Assembly (NCBI GenBank): GCA_965237955.1
Contig: OZ250169.1
Span: 7,712,001 to 7,776,000 of the forward strand
Source: Candidatus Marinacidobacterales bacterium
Lineage (GTDB): Bacteria > Acidobacteriota > Vicinamibacteria > Marinacidobacterales > SMYC01
Reading direction: 5' to 3'
Length of the DNA stretch: 64,000 bases
Each line of letters begins with the position of its first letter. Positions within the stretch are counted from its first letter, which is position 1. The notes below the pieces were generated by a model. That model searched no databases, had not been told where the DNA came from, and saw only the letters and a list, made by a program, of their open reading frames with translations. The position numbers and the translations under genes were made by a program. Shown in pieces: positions 20,702-31,410 of the stretch.

Positions 20702-20815
20702 GATCTACTTTGCGTTGTCACCGAGGGCGGTGAGCTTGTCCTCGTCGAGGCTGCACCTGACGCGCACCGTGAGCTTCGACGCGTTCCGGGGATCGAAGGC
20801 AAGACGTGGTTCGAT
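20702..20815 (+). pseudogene. PQQ-type beta-propeller C-terminal remnant
   Basis: DLLCVVTEGGELVLVEAAPDAHRELRRVPGIEGKTW. Confidence 0.45.
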
Positions 20816-20912
20816 AAGAAGCTGGTACGAGTGACATGACTACCTCCTGGCGATCGCTCGAGGCCACCGCGCGCCGATGGTACGTAACCATAAGGTCCCC
20901 GGCGAATGCTGT

Positions 20913-22214
20913 TTAATCGCGCCGCACGACGACGCCGTCCTTCATGACGAACGAGACGCGTTTCAAAGTCAGGATGTCTTCGAGGGGGTTCTCCGGCGTG
21001 CCGATGAGGTCTGCCGCCATGCCGGGTCGGATGCCGCCCCTTTGGTCCGCGATGCCGAGCAGTTTTGCGCCGTTTACGGTCATGGCCCGTAAGATGTCCT
21101 CGGCCGGCATCCCTGACTTGGCCCACGTGTCGAGAGACGCAATGGAGAGCTCGCCGCGCGTCACTCCGGGGCGCTCCATGAGGATATCGGAGCCGTACGC
21201 CATTTCGACTCCGATGCGGTGAGCTCGTTTCAAACGATCGAGCGCGACCTCGTAGATCCCGCCTCGAAACGCTTGAGCCGTGGTGTCGGCGAGCTCGCAG
21301 CCCACGAGAACGACTCCTCTTTCCTTGGCGAGCTCCAGCGTCTCGTCGTCCATCTCGTACCCGTGCTCGATCGAGGCAACACCCCCCTCGATTGCGTGAA
21401 TCGCTCCGGTCCGCGTCACGGCGTGCGCGGCCACCTTGAGCCCCGCTCTTCGCGCTTCTTCCACGATGAACTGAACGTCCTCCACGGAGTAGATGTATCG
21501 GAAGTCATCCATGACGATTTTGATCCACGACGCTCCGTGGTGAATGTTCTCGCGGATCGCTTTTTTCAACTCATCGTGGGTGTCGGCGTAGAAGTAGTCC
21601 GTAAGCCCCACGTCGGTATGCTCGGGGTTGAGGCGGAACTGCCCGCCATAAACAGAGATGATCTTGCCGGAGATGAAAGTCGTCGGACCGAGGACCTTCC
21701 CGATTTGCCCGGGACGTGCGATGGCGAACTCCGCAACTTGACCCATGTTGGCAATCGGAGGAACGCTCAAGAAGCGCAAGAGCGCTGCGTCGGCAAAATT
21801 TCCAGCGTTTCCGAGATCCCGTATGGTCGTGAACCCCGTTTCCAGCATCGATTGCGCATTGAGCAAGCCCTGGATGGCACGCTCCGCAGTGGGGACGTCG
21901 ACGTTGTACTGTTTGAGATTCGAGGTAGGGAACTTATACGAGGTCGCCATATGAGTGTGGGCGTCGATGAGGCCGGGAAGCACTGTCAGAGTAGACAGGT
22001 CTAGCTCTACCGCGCCCTCGGGGATCCTCGGGTTTTCACCCACGGCGAGAATGTTCCCGTCCTGGATGACGAGGGTCTGCCCCGTCCGTGTTATACCCGT
22101 CTCGGGATCGACGAGCTCACCCGCCTTGATGACGGTCACCTGGGCTTCTGCGGCCGAGAGCCATAGGGCAACGGAAACAGCGGTCGAAACTTTGAAACAG
22201 GTTTGGAGCGTCAT
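20913..22214 (-). CDS. secreted amidohydrolase (Xaa-Pro dipeptidase-like)
   Basis: Signal peptide, PGLIDAHTH, GFTTIRDLG, VAAHA, SIEHG, YGSD. Confidence 0.9.
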   Translation of the reverse strand: MTLQTCFKVSTAVSVALWLSAAEAQVTVIKAGELVDPETGITRTGQTLVIQDGNILAVGENPRIPEGAVELDLSTLTVLPGLIDAHTHMATSYKFPTSNLKQYNVDVPTAERAIQGLLNAQSMLETGFTTIRDLGNAGNFADAALLRFLSVPPIANMGQVAEFAIARPGQIGKVLGPTTFISGKIISVYGGQFRLNPEHTDVGLTDYFYADTHDELKKAIRENIHHGASWIKIVMDDFRYIYSVEDVQFIVEEARRAGLKVAAHAVTRTGAIHAIEGGVASIEHGYEMDDETLELAKERGVVLVGCELADTTAQAFRGGIYEVALDRLKRAHRIGVEMAYGSDILMERPGVTRGELSIASLDTWAKSGMPAEDILRAMTVNGAKLLGIADQRGGIRPGMAADLIGTPENPLEDILTLKRVSFVMKDGVVVRRD

Positions 22215-22301
22215 TATTGATTCCTTTCGGGACTCAGTCGAGCGTGTCCCGTTGTATTTGAATGTGAGTGGCGGTGCGGTTTCAGCATGACTCTACCCAG
22301 C

Positions 22302-22597
22302 TGTCGCTCATCATTATTAGTCCGAACGGGTTCGCGGGCCAATGCCCGTCGGCGGGCCAAGGCTTCGGACGCTTGGTCGTTGCGAGGAAGGAAGACGAGA
22401 ACGAACTCGTCAGTACCCGGACGGAGCAACCGCGAGCGCCCAGAGTTGTGCTAGGCCGCTTCCCGCCACTCGTAACGATGATGAAGTCTACCCATTTTGA
22501 TGAGGGACAGGGATTTTCCCTCGTCGCGCCTTGTCAGCCGGTGCGACGCGGGGCCTTCACCACGGACTGCTAGGTGACGAATTTCTGACTCGGGACA
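22302..22597 (-). mobile_element. degenerate IS remnant (integrase-core transposase C-terminus between TGT...ACA ends)
   Basis: Minus strand GKILSLIKMGRLHHRYEWREAA*; imperfect IR TGTCGCTCATCATTATTAGTC / GACGAATTTCTGACTCGGGACA. Confidence 0.5.
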
Positions 22598-23951
22598 CTA
22601 AGTCCTCCACACAGCGGAACCCGGCATAGACATACGGATAGTGGGGCCGGAACCAGTTGCGCAGACTGCGGCGAACCAGCCCGGTGGCAGTCACCGGCGA
22701 CGCTCCCTTGATCACGTAGTGCTGCCCGTCGAAGAAATCGGCGGAGTACTCCGGATAGGAGGCCATCGGCCTGAACCCCGGAAACCCCTCGAACACCGTC
22801 GAGGTCCACTCCCAGCCGTTCCCCATCAGATCGTGCACCCCCCACGCGCTCACCGCCGTGGGGTACGACCCGACCGGCACCGGCTCCCAGTGCTGGAAGC
22901 CGAAGTTGCCCCGGGTCGCATCCGGTGGCGCCTCGCCCCACGGATGGGCGCGCTCGCCTCCCGCTGGTGTCCCGAACGCCGCGCGGTGAAACTCGGCCTC
23001 GGTCGGCAGCCGCAGCCCCTTCCACCGGGCGTAGGCAGATGCTTCAGCGTGCGACACATACACGGGCCAGGACGGCGGCAACGGGATCAACTCGAACATC
23101 CCGCGCCAGAACCACTCGCGCGCGTGGGGGAACCAGAACGGCGGGTGCTCGACCCCGGCGCCGGTCCGCCAGGCCCAGTCGGGGTCGGACCACCACTCGG
23201 GGTTGGTGTAGCCGCCCGCCTCGATGAACTCGAGATACTGCTGGTTGGTCACGTTGTGCGCGTCGATGGCGAAGGCAGGCACCTCGACCCGCAGACGTGG
23301 GAACTCGTTGTCCCAGCCGAACCGGATCTCGTCCGGCATGGCGCCGAGGGTCGCCCGACCGGCCGGAATCTCCACCCGCCGGGGATCCGGCACCGTGCCG
23401 TCGATGAGAACGGTGGCGTCGGCGGGCCGCCGTTTCCGCGACATCGGCAGCCGGTGCCACATGTAGGCCAGGGTCTCTTGGTGCAGCTCCTCGTGCTCGA
23501 TCAGCGTGAACACCGCCTGCCCGCGATGGAGCACCGGGTCACAGTCCCGCTCAATCTCGGCATGGTCGAGCGCGTCGAGAATCGCCTGGTCTGCGTCGGC
23601 GGCATACTGACGGACGGTTTCGCGGGTCGGCCAGGACCGTATCGCCGTAGCATCGGCCGAGGTCTGGTCCTCGGGGTCGATTCCCCGCGCGAACAGCCGC
23701 TCGAGATCCTCGTCCAGCCCCTCGCGACCCAGACCGCGTTTGATGAGGGTGTTGACGCTGAAGGCGGGAATATGCCCCTCGTAGAAGACCACGGGGTGAC
23801 GCAGGGGAATCGGCTGCTCGTAGTAGGCCTCCTCGGTCAACAGGTCGAACATGCCGGCGGTCCGCTGGCGTGTTTCCCGGAACCAGTCGATGCTGGCCTG
23901 TCTGTCGACCACTCGTTGCGACGCGCCGTCCGTGCGTGTTTCCTCCATCAT
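22557..23951 (-). CDS. egtB: EgtB/OvoA-family non-heme iron sulfoxide synthase (DinB_2 + FGE-sulfatase fold)
   Basis: LRHPVVFYEGH, iron motif EHEELHQET, FGWDNE, RLPTEAE, GNGWEWT, RNWF..GFRC. Confidence 0.8.
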   Translation of the reverse strand: MMEETRTDGASQRVVDRQASIDWFRETRQRTAGMFDLLTEEAYYEQPIPLRHPVVFYEGHIPAFSVNTLIKRGLGREGLDEDLERLFARGIDPEDQTSADATAIRSWPTRETVRQYAADADQAILDALDHAEIERDCDPVLHRGQAVFTLIEHEELHQETLAYMWHRLPMSRKRRPADATVLIDGTVPDPRRVEIPAGRATLGAMPDEIRFGWDNEFPRLRVEVPAFAIDAHNVTNQQYLEFIEAGGYTNPEWWSDPDWAWRTGAGVEHPPFWFPHAREWFWRGMFELIPLPPSWPVYVSHAEASAYARWKGLRLPTEAEFHRAAFGTPAGGERAHPWGEAPPDATRGNFGFQHWEPVPVGSYPTAVSAWGVHDLMGNGWEWTSTVFEGFPGFRPMASYPEYSADFFDGQHYVIKGASPVTATGLVRRSLRNWFRPHYPYVYAGFRCVEDLVSRVRNSSPSSPW

Positions 23952-24082
23952 CGGGGTTTCGCCAGCAAGCATACAGATAGTAAATTCTATCTTGCGCTGG
24001 GTCGAATCACGAACGGTATTTATCATCTCGTCGGCGGATTTCCGCCATGGCCCACAATGCCGACGATACAAATGCCTATCAA

Positions 24083-24890
24083 TCACGCCGGGGTAGTGTT
24101 GCCCGAGTCGGCCTTGCGGAACGGCAGCGCGATCATCCACGACAAGCTCTGCCGTGGCTGGGCCTGGTACTCGTCCAGACCGATCGTCATGGCTTCGTGC
24201 CCCGAGGCTGGCTGGTCCCGGTACGTACCGAGCAGCCGGTCCCACCACGGAAAGTTGAAGCCGAAATTGCAGCTATGCTCGTCCCGGCTCACGGAATGGT
24301 GGACCCTGTGCATGTCGGGTGTCACGACGATCCGCCGTAAGATGCGGTCCAGACCCACCGGCATCCGGACGTTGGCGTGGTTGAACATCGCGGTGAGGTT
24401 CAGCGCCGTCTCGCCGATCAGCACCGCAACGGGGCTGGCGCCCATCGCAATCGTGGCTCCCATCTTCACCCCCATCGACAGCACGATGCTGGCCGTGTGA
24501 AAGCGCAGACCCGTTGTGACATCGAAGTCGTTGTCGGCGTGATGAACCTTGTGAAACCGCCACAGGATGGGGACGGCGTGGAATACCCGGTGCTGTAGGT
24601 AGATGGTGAAGTCGAGCAGCAGGACGGCAACCGTGACCTCGACCAGCGCCGGAGCGTCCACGAGGTTCAATAACCCCCAGCCCCGTTCGGCAGCGACTCC
24701 GGGCCGCGCCGTACGCGCCGAGGGGCACCGCGACCCGCAGGAGCACCGTGTTGAAGGTCGTGAGCGCGAGGTTGCTGGTCCATCGTCGCTTCCCGACGCG
24801 AAGCCGGCGCCGTGGTGCGGCGAGCTCCCACAGAGCCATCAGGCCGAACACTCCGGCGAAGGCTCCCAGCCGGATGCTCGCTTCGAGCGT
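24083..24890 (-). pseudogene. sterol desaturase/fatty acid hydroxylase family protein (frameshift near 24700)
   Basis: His boxes YLQHRVFH, FHKVHH, HRVHHS; N-term IRLGAFAGVFGLMALWE in another frame. Confidence 0.85.
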
Positions 24891-24989
24891 CAGCACAACC
24901 ACCTGCGCATCTTCGGGTACCGCGATTGCGTCAGGCATCGTCGCACAATGGGGGCGGCACCGTGTCCGGCGAATGAGACGCGTCCGTCG

Positions 24990-25440
24990 GTCGCATCGTT
25001 TGCGACGTCCTCCGGCAACTCGAGGTGCACGGGGCGGGGGCGTCCGTCGCGCATGGTACGAAACGCGTCGTGTACGACATGCGCGATTTGCGGGCCGCTT
25101 TCGATAGTGCGTGCGAACTTCGTTATAGGTGCCATCAAGATCGTTACATCGAGCAGTTGATATAGGCCCTGCTGGTTCTCCCTGATGGGCTTCTGGCCAG
25201 TGACGAACAGCACGGGGAAGCTCCCGAGATGAGCATGGGCGGCGGCGGTAGCGAGACGAGCGTAGACTCCGGCGTCGGAGTCGTCGGTGACGCTGAGCTC
25301 GTACGGACTCCCGTCGATGATGCTCGAGAACGAGTTGGTGATCTCGAGCGGATCGTCGAGCCCGAGCTCTCCCTCGTGCGCCTGGCGGAAGAGCTCGATC
25401 ATCACCGGAACCTTCATCGTGCTGGCCGCGTGGTATACGA
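24990..25440 (-). pseudogene. chimeric remnant: class A beta-lactamase-like serine hydrolase fragment fused to acetolactate synthase fragment
   Basis: [26 protein letters not shown] then [37 protein letters not shown]. Confidence 0.7.
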
Positions 25441-25823
25441 CATGATACGGCGGAAGCCCGTTGCGATTCCAGATCGGGATCGATACATTGGTCGGGACGG
25501 CGAGTGCAACGTCTCGCCGCGCGTAACGCCGTCGGTGTCGAGTCGTTACCCGCTGAACATCGTGGCTCCGGCTGTCAACATCCGAGCTGAAATGTGTCGC
25601 TACGATGCGAGCTCGATGTCTGTCTTGGCGAAATCCTTGCCCTTAAAGAGGAGTCGGCCCTATTCAGACTGTTCAGCCCTAGCGCCGACGGTCGTCTGCA
25701 ACGAAGACGTGTGGGCACCGCCGCTGCAGTGCCCGCTACCGGTCGACACGAGCATCATGATCACCCAGGAGAGTGGCGCATGGAACAAGTCTGGCCGGAC
25801 GTCCAGGAGATCACCAACCGGAT

Positions 25824-26225
25824 CTACGATGAGGTCAACGAGCGGTACGTCACGAACGCGAGCCGACGCTCTGGGAGCGGAACTGATTCCGCCTCGTTCT
25901 TCTCCGCACAATCCGCACGAAGTTGGCTAACTGCCGTGCGCTGCTGGTGGCAGCTTCTGCAGGAGACTTTACCGCTAGCCATGTTGGCCTCGTCGTATGC
26001 GTGCAACTCGTCGTACATTTGCTTGCCACTGTGGCGGGCAGAGCCAAGCAACAGGTGGCGGATGGTCGCCGCGAAGACGCTCTCGTAGCGATAGATTTTC
26101 TGCCGAAGCTCTGCGGTGGTGATGTCGACTCCGATGGCCTCCATCCCCGGGGTGCGCGGCGGTGGTACCGTCGAGCAGCCGACGCTCCACGCCAAGACAA
26201 CGATGGCCAGGTACCTGATGCGCGT
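25824..26225 (-). pseudogene. lipoprotein remnant with a CxxCH-containing fragment
   Basis: GGAGG RBS followed by ACG at the start position, lipobox SVGC, CRSCH near the end. Confidence 0.35.
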
Positions 26226-26464
26226 GAATCCTCCCGCTCGCTAGATGGACTCCTCGTACGCTACAATATGAAGAGACCGTAACGCTAATCATCCTAATAT
26301 CTTTGAGGCGATCGCTTATGTCTGGCGCGGACCAGTGTAGGCGGAGACTACCGCTACCGACCGTTTGGTATGCGCCCGTGATGGCCCACACGCACGAGTT
26401 TCCAGAGGAGTGGTCTACACTGGGATCAAGACCACCGACACCCCCCACTGTCTGGAGGAGAACG

Positions 26465-28685
26465 ATGCTGACGGCGTTGAAAGATATTCTCGAAGGTTCC
26501 GGCGCTCCAGCTCCGGAGGAAGAGATCCACTCTTTTCCCGAGTACTTGGAGCTCGTCAAAAAGGAGCCGTGGATCACCCGGAACACGTTTCAGCTGCTGC
26601 ACGACATGCTGTTGTCGAGCGGCGTAGAGCGCACCATCGTGCCGGGCAAGCCGATCAAGCACCGTTACGGTTTTTTCGAGGACGAAGCTCTGGTCGCGAT
26701 GTACGTCGTCTTCGGCCAGCAAAAGGCGAAAGCGAATCTCGTCGAGAAGATCGACAACGCCTCGCGCGGGCTCGAAGCGTCGAAACGTCTGTGGATTCTT
26801 CTCGGGCCCCCGGGCGCCGCGAAGTCGCGCTCGATGGACGGCATCAAGACCGCACTTAACGTGTACTCGGCGTCGGACGAGGGCAAGACGTTCACGCTGC
26901 TCCTGCCCACGATCGACGATCGATTGAAAGAAAAAGCGCTCTTCGAAGAGAACGGCATCTACTACTTGCCGGCGCCGATTTTCGAGCGCCCGCTTCAGAT
27001 CATCCCCCAGAACCTCAGGCCTCAGTTCATGGCCAAGCTCAACGAGCTCACCGAAGGGGACAAGCTGAAGGGGTTTTTCGAGCGGCATCCTCATTATGAT
27101 GGTGACTATCGAATCACCGTCGACGGTCTCATCTCCCCGTTCGCGGATCATGTGCTTCACGAGTTCATGAAGGCGAAAGGTCTCGATTTCGCCGGCATGC
27201 TGCCGTTCGTGAAGGTCAAGCGCATGATCTACGACGCCCGCACGAAGACCGGTATCGGCTCCTACACCCCGCGCGACGAGAAGAGCCAGGAAGCCGGCTC
27301 GCTCGTAGGCAACATCGACTACAGCCTGCTCCCGCGCTTCGGTAGTGAATCCCACCCCCTCGTGCACGACTACAAAGGAGAGCTCTGCGCCGGCGCGAAC
27401 GGTTTCGTCGAGATCCACGAAATCCTGAAGCTCTCGGATCGCTTTCTCTACGAGCTGTTGTTCGCCACGCAGGATCGGTTCTTCAAGCCCGAAGGGCAAC
27501 CACCGGTGCCGTTCAACGGCGTCATCATCGGCCATACGAACTTCCACGAGTACAACATGTTCATGGCCAACGAGACGTTCGAAGCGCTGCGATCGCGGAC
27601 CACGTTCATCGAGATGCCGCTGTCGGTGAATTTCAAGGACGAGGAGCAGATCTACGAGTTCACCTACGCGAACGACCAACGGAAGTGGGCTTCGGACAAA
27701 AAGCACTTGGCGCACGTCGCGCCCCATAGTCTCGAGTTTCTGAGTCTCGTTGCAGCGATGACTCGCCTGTACGAGTCCAAGCAGAACCCGAACCTGACGT
27801 TGCTCCAAAAGGCGTTGATCTACGCCGGTCGGGCGGATAGCGGTGTCGATAACAACATGGCGCGCACGATTCTCGAGGAGTTCGAGTTCATCAAACCTTC
27901 GGAGGGCACGTTCGGGCTCGACCCCCGTTTCATCCAGAACGTGTTCGAGAACACCGAGCACTTCCAGATCAAACGAGTACGCCGCCAACATCAGCCGGCT
28001 CCAGGAAGACGACGCTGAGCCCGCCATGATTACTTCGATCGCGCTTCAAAACCCGTGCGTGGCTCCGATGGATCTCTACCTGCGGACCGAGAACTCCATG
28101 AAAGAGTCCTTCGCCAACAACAAGGCGAAGCTCGGCCACTTCGTGGAGAAAATCTTGCCGCAGGCCAAGCACTGGATTCTGAGCCAAATCGCCACCGATG
28201 TGTACGGCTCCGTGCTCCGGGACGAGTCCGTGGTGGAAAGCACGTGGAAGAAATACACCGACCACGTCAGGGCGTACGTCCACAACACCAAGGTCAAGCA
28301 CGAAGTGACCCACGCGGATGTCCAGCCCGACGAGAAGTTCATGCAGGCGATCGAGCAGTATCTAGGGATTGCCGAAAAGGACGTGTTCCGCAAGGAACTT
28401 TCGGACGCCATCGCGAGCGTGAGCCACTCCGTCCTCCTCGCGGACGAGCCGTCGTACCAGAGCGCCATTCGCCGCTACGTGTTCGAGAACGAGTTCAAGT
28501 CGAGCGAGAACATCAAGCTTTTGGGCTGGATCAAGAGTGGCTCGAGCGCCGCCGGCGTTCACTCGAAGGAACAGGAGCAGCTCAACGAGACCGTGAAATA
28601 TCTGATGGAGAACCTGGGCTATTGCGGAAAATGTGCGTTCCAAGCACTCACGATCACCGCAAGCTCGACCAGCATTTTGGACTGA
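26465..28685 (+). CDS. prkA: PrkA/YeaG-family AAA+ ATPase/Ser kinase, paralog 1 (1-nt frameshift at ~27972)
   Basis: GGAGGAG RBS; LLGPPGAAKS, PRDEKSQEAGSLVG, GELCAGANG, IIGHTN, EALRSR, HVAPHSLE, EGTFGLDPRF, PDEKFMQAIE, LGYC..CA. Confidence 0.88.
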
Positions 28686-28712
28686 GCGGCTGGCAGCTGG
28701 AAGCTGAAACCC

Positions 28713-29777
28713 ATGTCAGATGTCAAAATCTCCTCCGATGAGTCCGAAGGCGTCTTCAACGAGTTCATCCAGGACCAGCTCGAAGACGTCCTCGACGACA
28801 TTATTAACAAGGGGGATCTCGACCGCTTCGACGACAGAGGCAGCGACATCATCATCGAGATGGACGACATCGTGCCACCGGAGTTCATCTACGGGGACGA
28901 GGCGAGCGGCGGGGGCGGCGGGGGGCAGGGCCCGGGTGGCGAGAAGGGCAAGCTCCGGTTCCGCATACCGTTCCAGGCTTTCATGGAGCTTCTCGGGCAA
29001 AAGCTCAAGCTCCCGAACCTGATCAAAGAAGGCGACGGGCGCATCAAGGAGTTCTCCTACACGTTCAAGACCTTCGGCCAAGTCGGTGTCATCCTCGACA
29101 AGCGCCGCACGTTCAAGCGGGCGCTTCGCTCGAGCATCGGTCTCGGCGTCTACGATCCGGCAAAGGGGCTCTTCGACGTTGAAATCCGACGTCGCCACCG
29201 GCGCTTCAAAGTGCCCCAGCGCGAAGAAAAACCTCGCTACCGCGCCGTCTGCTTCTATATGGGCGATATCTCGTACTCGACGTATGGTGAGCGCCTCGAG
29301 ATGGAAAAGCGATTGGTGAACTTCATCCATCAATGGCTCGACTTCAACTACGGCGCCGGAAACGTCGAACACCGTTTCTTCGTCCACGACGTCGAGGCGC
29401 ACGAAGTCTCGCCCACGGACTTCTACAAAGTGAGTAACGCCGGTGGGACGCGCGCGTCGATTGTGTTCGACCTCGTCTCGCAGATTGCGTTCAACGAGTA
29501 CGAAACGACGTCCACCAACTTCTACGGCTTCTATTTTGGTGACGGCGAAGTGTTCGAAGACGATGCGAAGAAAATCGTCGAGGTCCTCCAAACCGGGATG
29601 AAGGCGAACTTCAACAGAGTCGGAATCGTCGAGGTGAAGCCGAGCCAGTTCAGCTACTTGAACCGCGAGATCAAACGGGAGTTCGAAAAAGACGACGTCG
29701 TCCGTATGGGGACGCTGCGACAGCGCACCGAGACCGTGGAAGTGATCAAGAGTCTTTTTGGAGTGCGCCGTGCGTAG
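28713..29777 (+). CDS. YeaH/YhbH (DUF444) family vWA-like protein
   Basis: Gly-rich GGGGGQGPGG, LKLPNL, DKRRTFKRAL, MGDISYST (DxSxS), GGTRAS, FYFGDGE. Confidence 0.85.
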   Translation: MSDVKISSDESEGVFNEFIQDQLEDVLDDIINKGDLDRFDDRGSDIIIEMDDIVPPEFIYGDEASGGGGGGQGPGGEKGKLRFRIPFQAFMELLGQKLKLPNLIKEGDGRIKEFSYTFKTFGQVGVILDKRRTFKRALRSSIGLGVYDPAKGLFDVEIRRRHRRFKVPQREEKPRYRAVCFYMGDISYSTYGERLEMEKRLVNFIHQWLDFNYGAGNVEHRFFVHDVEAHEVSPTDFYKVSNAGGTRASIVFDLVSQIAFNEYETTSTNFYGFYFGDGEVFEDDAKKIVEVLQTGMKANFNRVGIVEVKPSQFSYLNREIKREFEKDDVVRMGTLRQRTETVEVIKSLFGVRRA

Positions 29778-31395
29778 CGTCCACACCGACACGGTCCTGA
29801 GCGAGCTCGAAGCGCGAGTTCTGCACCATGCCGGCAATTTCGGCCGCCAGCTTCCGGAGATTCGCTTTTTCATCCTCGAGCGGCTCGAGTTCGCGTCACT
29901 TCTGGAGAAGGATGTCTATCCCACGAGCCCGATCAACATCTGGGAAGGCAAGCGGATGGTGCACAAAAAGCACGCCATCGAGACCGGGCTCGAGTCGTCT
30001 TTGTTCTACGAAGTCGTACAGACGGGGAATCCTTCCTACGCGTACCTGAACGACTCCAACAACGCGGTCACGCAGGCCTCGGTCATGGCTCACGTCGTCG
30101 GACACTGCGAGTTCTCCGAGCGGAACGTGCTGCGCGATTCCAACCAGAATCGTACCGAGTATGTAATGTATCTCGTCAAGAAAGTCGATCGCGCTCGCCG
30201 GCAAATGGGTGAGAAAGACTACCTGGAGTACTGGAATGCGGCGGAGTCGGCGACGACGCTTATCGCACCCAACTCCCGGTTCAACTTGGCGCGATCGACG
30301 GAGACCGAGAGATCCTTCCGCGGTGAGCAGCTCCGTACCGATGAGATCGACAAACTCGAGCCGAAAGAAGTCGTTCCCGTGTTCGACACGCTCACGACAC
30401 TTCTGGCGGGAACAGGCAACGATAGTACGTTCGAGACCGAGCTCAAGAAAAAGCGGCGCGACGAGACCATGAGCCGGAAGGGCTACATCCTCAAAGCGCC
30501 ATGTCAGGATATCCTCGATTTCTTGCGCAACTATGCTCCGATGAGTCGAGCGGAGCATGCGATTCTCGACTACAAGTACGTGACCAAGGCGCCTCAGGAC
30601 TTCGTGATGCGCACCCAGATTATGAACGAGGGCTGGGCGATGTACTGGGAGAAGAGGATCATGCACGCTCTTTTCGAAGAGCGTGCGGTCAACGGCGTCA
30701 TCGACCACGCCCGTGTTTTCGCGAACGTGTGCCGCCCGCGGCCGTACTTCCAGAGGAATCCGTATCACCTCGGCTACAACCTGTGGTGCCACATCGAGCA
30801 GCTGTATCGAGACGGCAAGGTGAGCCTCGACTACCGTGAAGAGACCGACCGCGACAAAAAGAACAAATGGCAACAGGACAGCGATATCGACCCCATCGAA
30901 GCTATGGGGCACCTCGTCGACACGATCACCGACTACGAGTTCTTGAGACGCTTTCTCACAACCCAGCTCATCCACGATCTGCATCTCAACCGCGTCGACC
31001 GAGACACCGCCGAGCGGCTCGGCATCAAAGATGGCGTCGTCGTCGACCGCGACGAGTTCTGGGTCTGGGTCGACCCAGAGCCAATCAAGGACGAGATGCT
31101 CTGTTTTTACACGCACTTTTACCGGCCCCGCATCTACATCATCGATGCCGACTATGAGGACGGCGGACTGCTCTTGTACCACCGGGACGACGGACGCTCT
31201 CTCAGAAAAGACTGGATTCGACCGACGCTGCGCAACTTGAACTTGATTTGGAAAGCTCCGGTGGCGCTTCTGACGAAGGACCAGCTGTTTGCGGTCACCG
31301 GCAACCAGTACAAGAGCGAGGAAGTGAAACCCGTTGTGTTCGAACAAGTCGTCGAGCGCATGCGGAAAGGGGAACGAGCCTTCCGTCCAACTTGA
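29770..31395 (+). CDS. spoVR: SpoVR/YcgB family protein
   Basis: YEVV..NPSYAYL, MAHVVGHCEF, TQIMNEGWA, NPYHLG, DYEFLRRFLT. Confidence 0.88.
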   Translation: MRSVHTDTVLSELEARVLHHAGNFGRQLPEIRFFILERLEFASLLEKDVYPTSPINIWEGKRMVHKKHAIETGLESSLFYEVVQTGNPSYAYLNDSNNAVTQASVMAHVVGHCEFSERNVLRDSNQNRTEYVMYLVKKVDRARRQMGEKDYLEYWNAAESATTLIAPNSRFNLARSTETERSFRGEQLRTDEIDKLEPKEVVPVFDTLTTLLAGTGNDSTFETELKKKRRDETMSRKGYILKAPCQDILDFLRNYAPMSRAEHAILDYKYVTKAPQDFVMRTQIMNEGWAMYWEKRIMHALFEERAVNGVIDHARVFANVCRPRPYFQRNPYHLGYNLWCHIEQLYRDGKVSLDYREETDRDKKNKWQQDSDIDPIEAMGHLVDTITDYEFLRRFLTTQLIHDLHLNRVDRDTAERLGIKDGVVVDRDEFWVWVDPEPIKDEMLCFYTHFYRPRIYIIDADYEDGGLLLYHRDDGRSLRKDWIRPTLRNLNLIWKAPVALLTKDQLFAVTGNQYKSEEVKPVVFEQVVERMRKGERAFRPT

Positions 31396-31410
31396 GAAGA
31401 GGGTACGGCT

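Noticed and set aside
25940-25975. Functional c-type cytochrome from CRSCH
   Set aside because: A single motif inside a fragmented region without a proper start codon.
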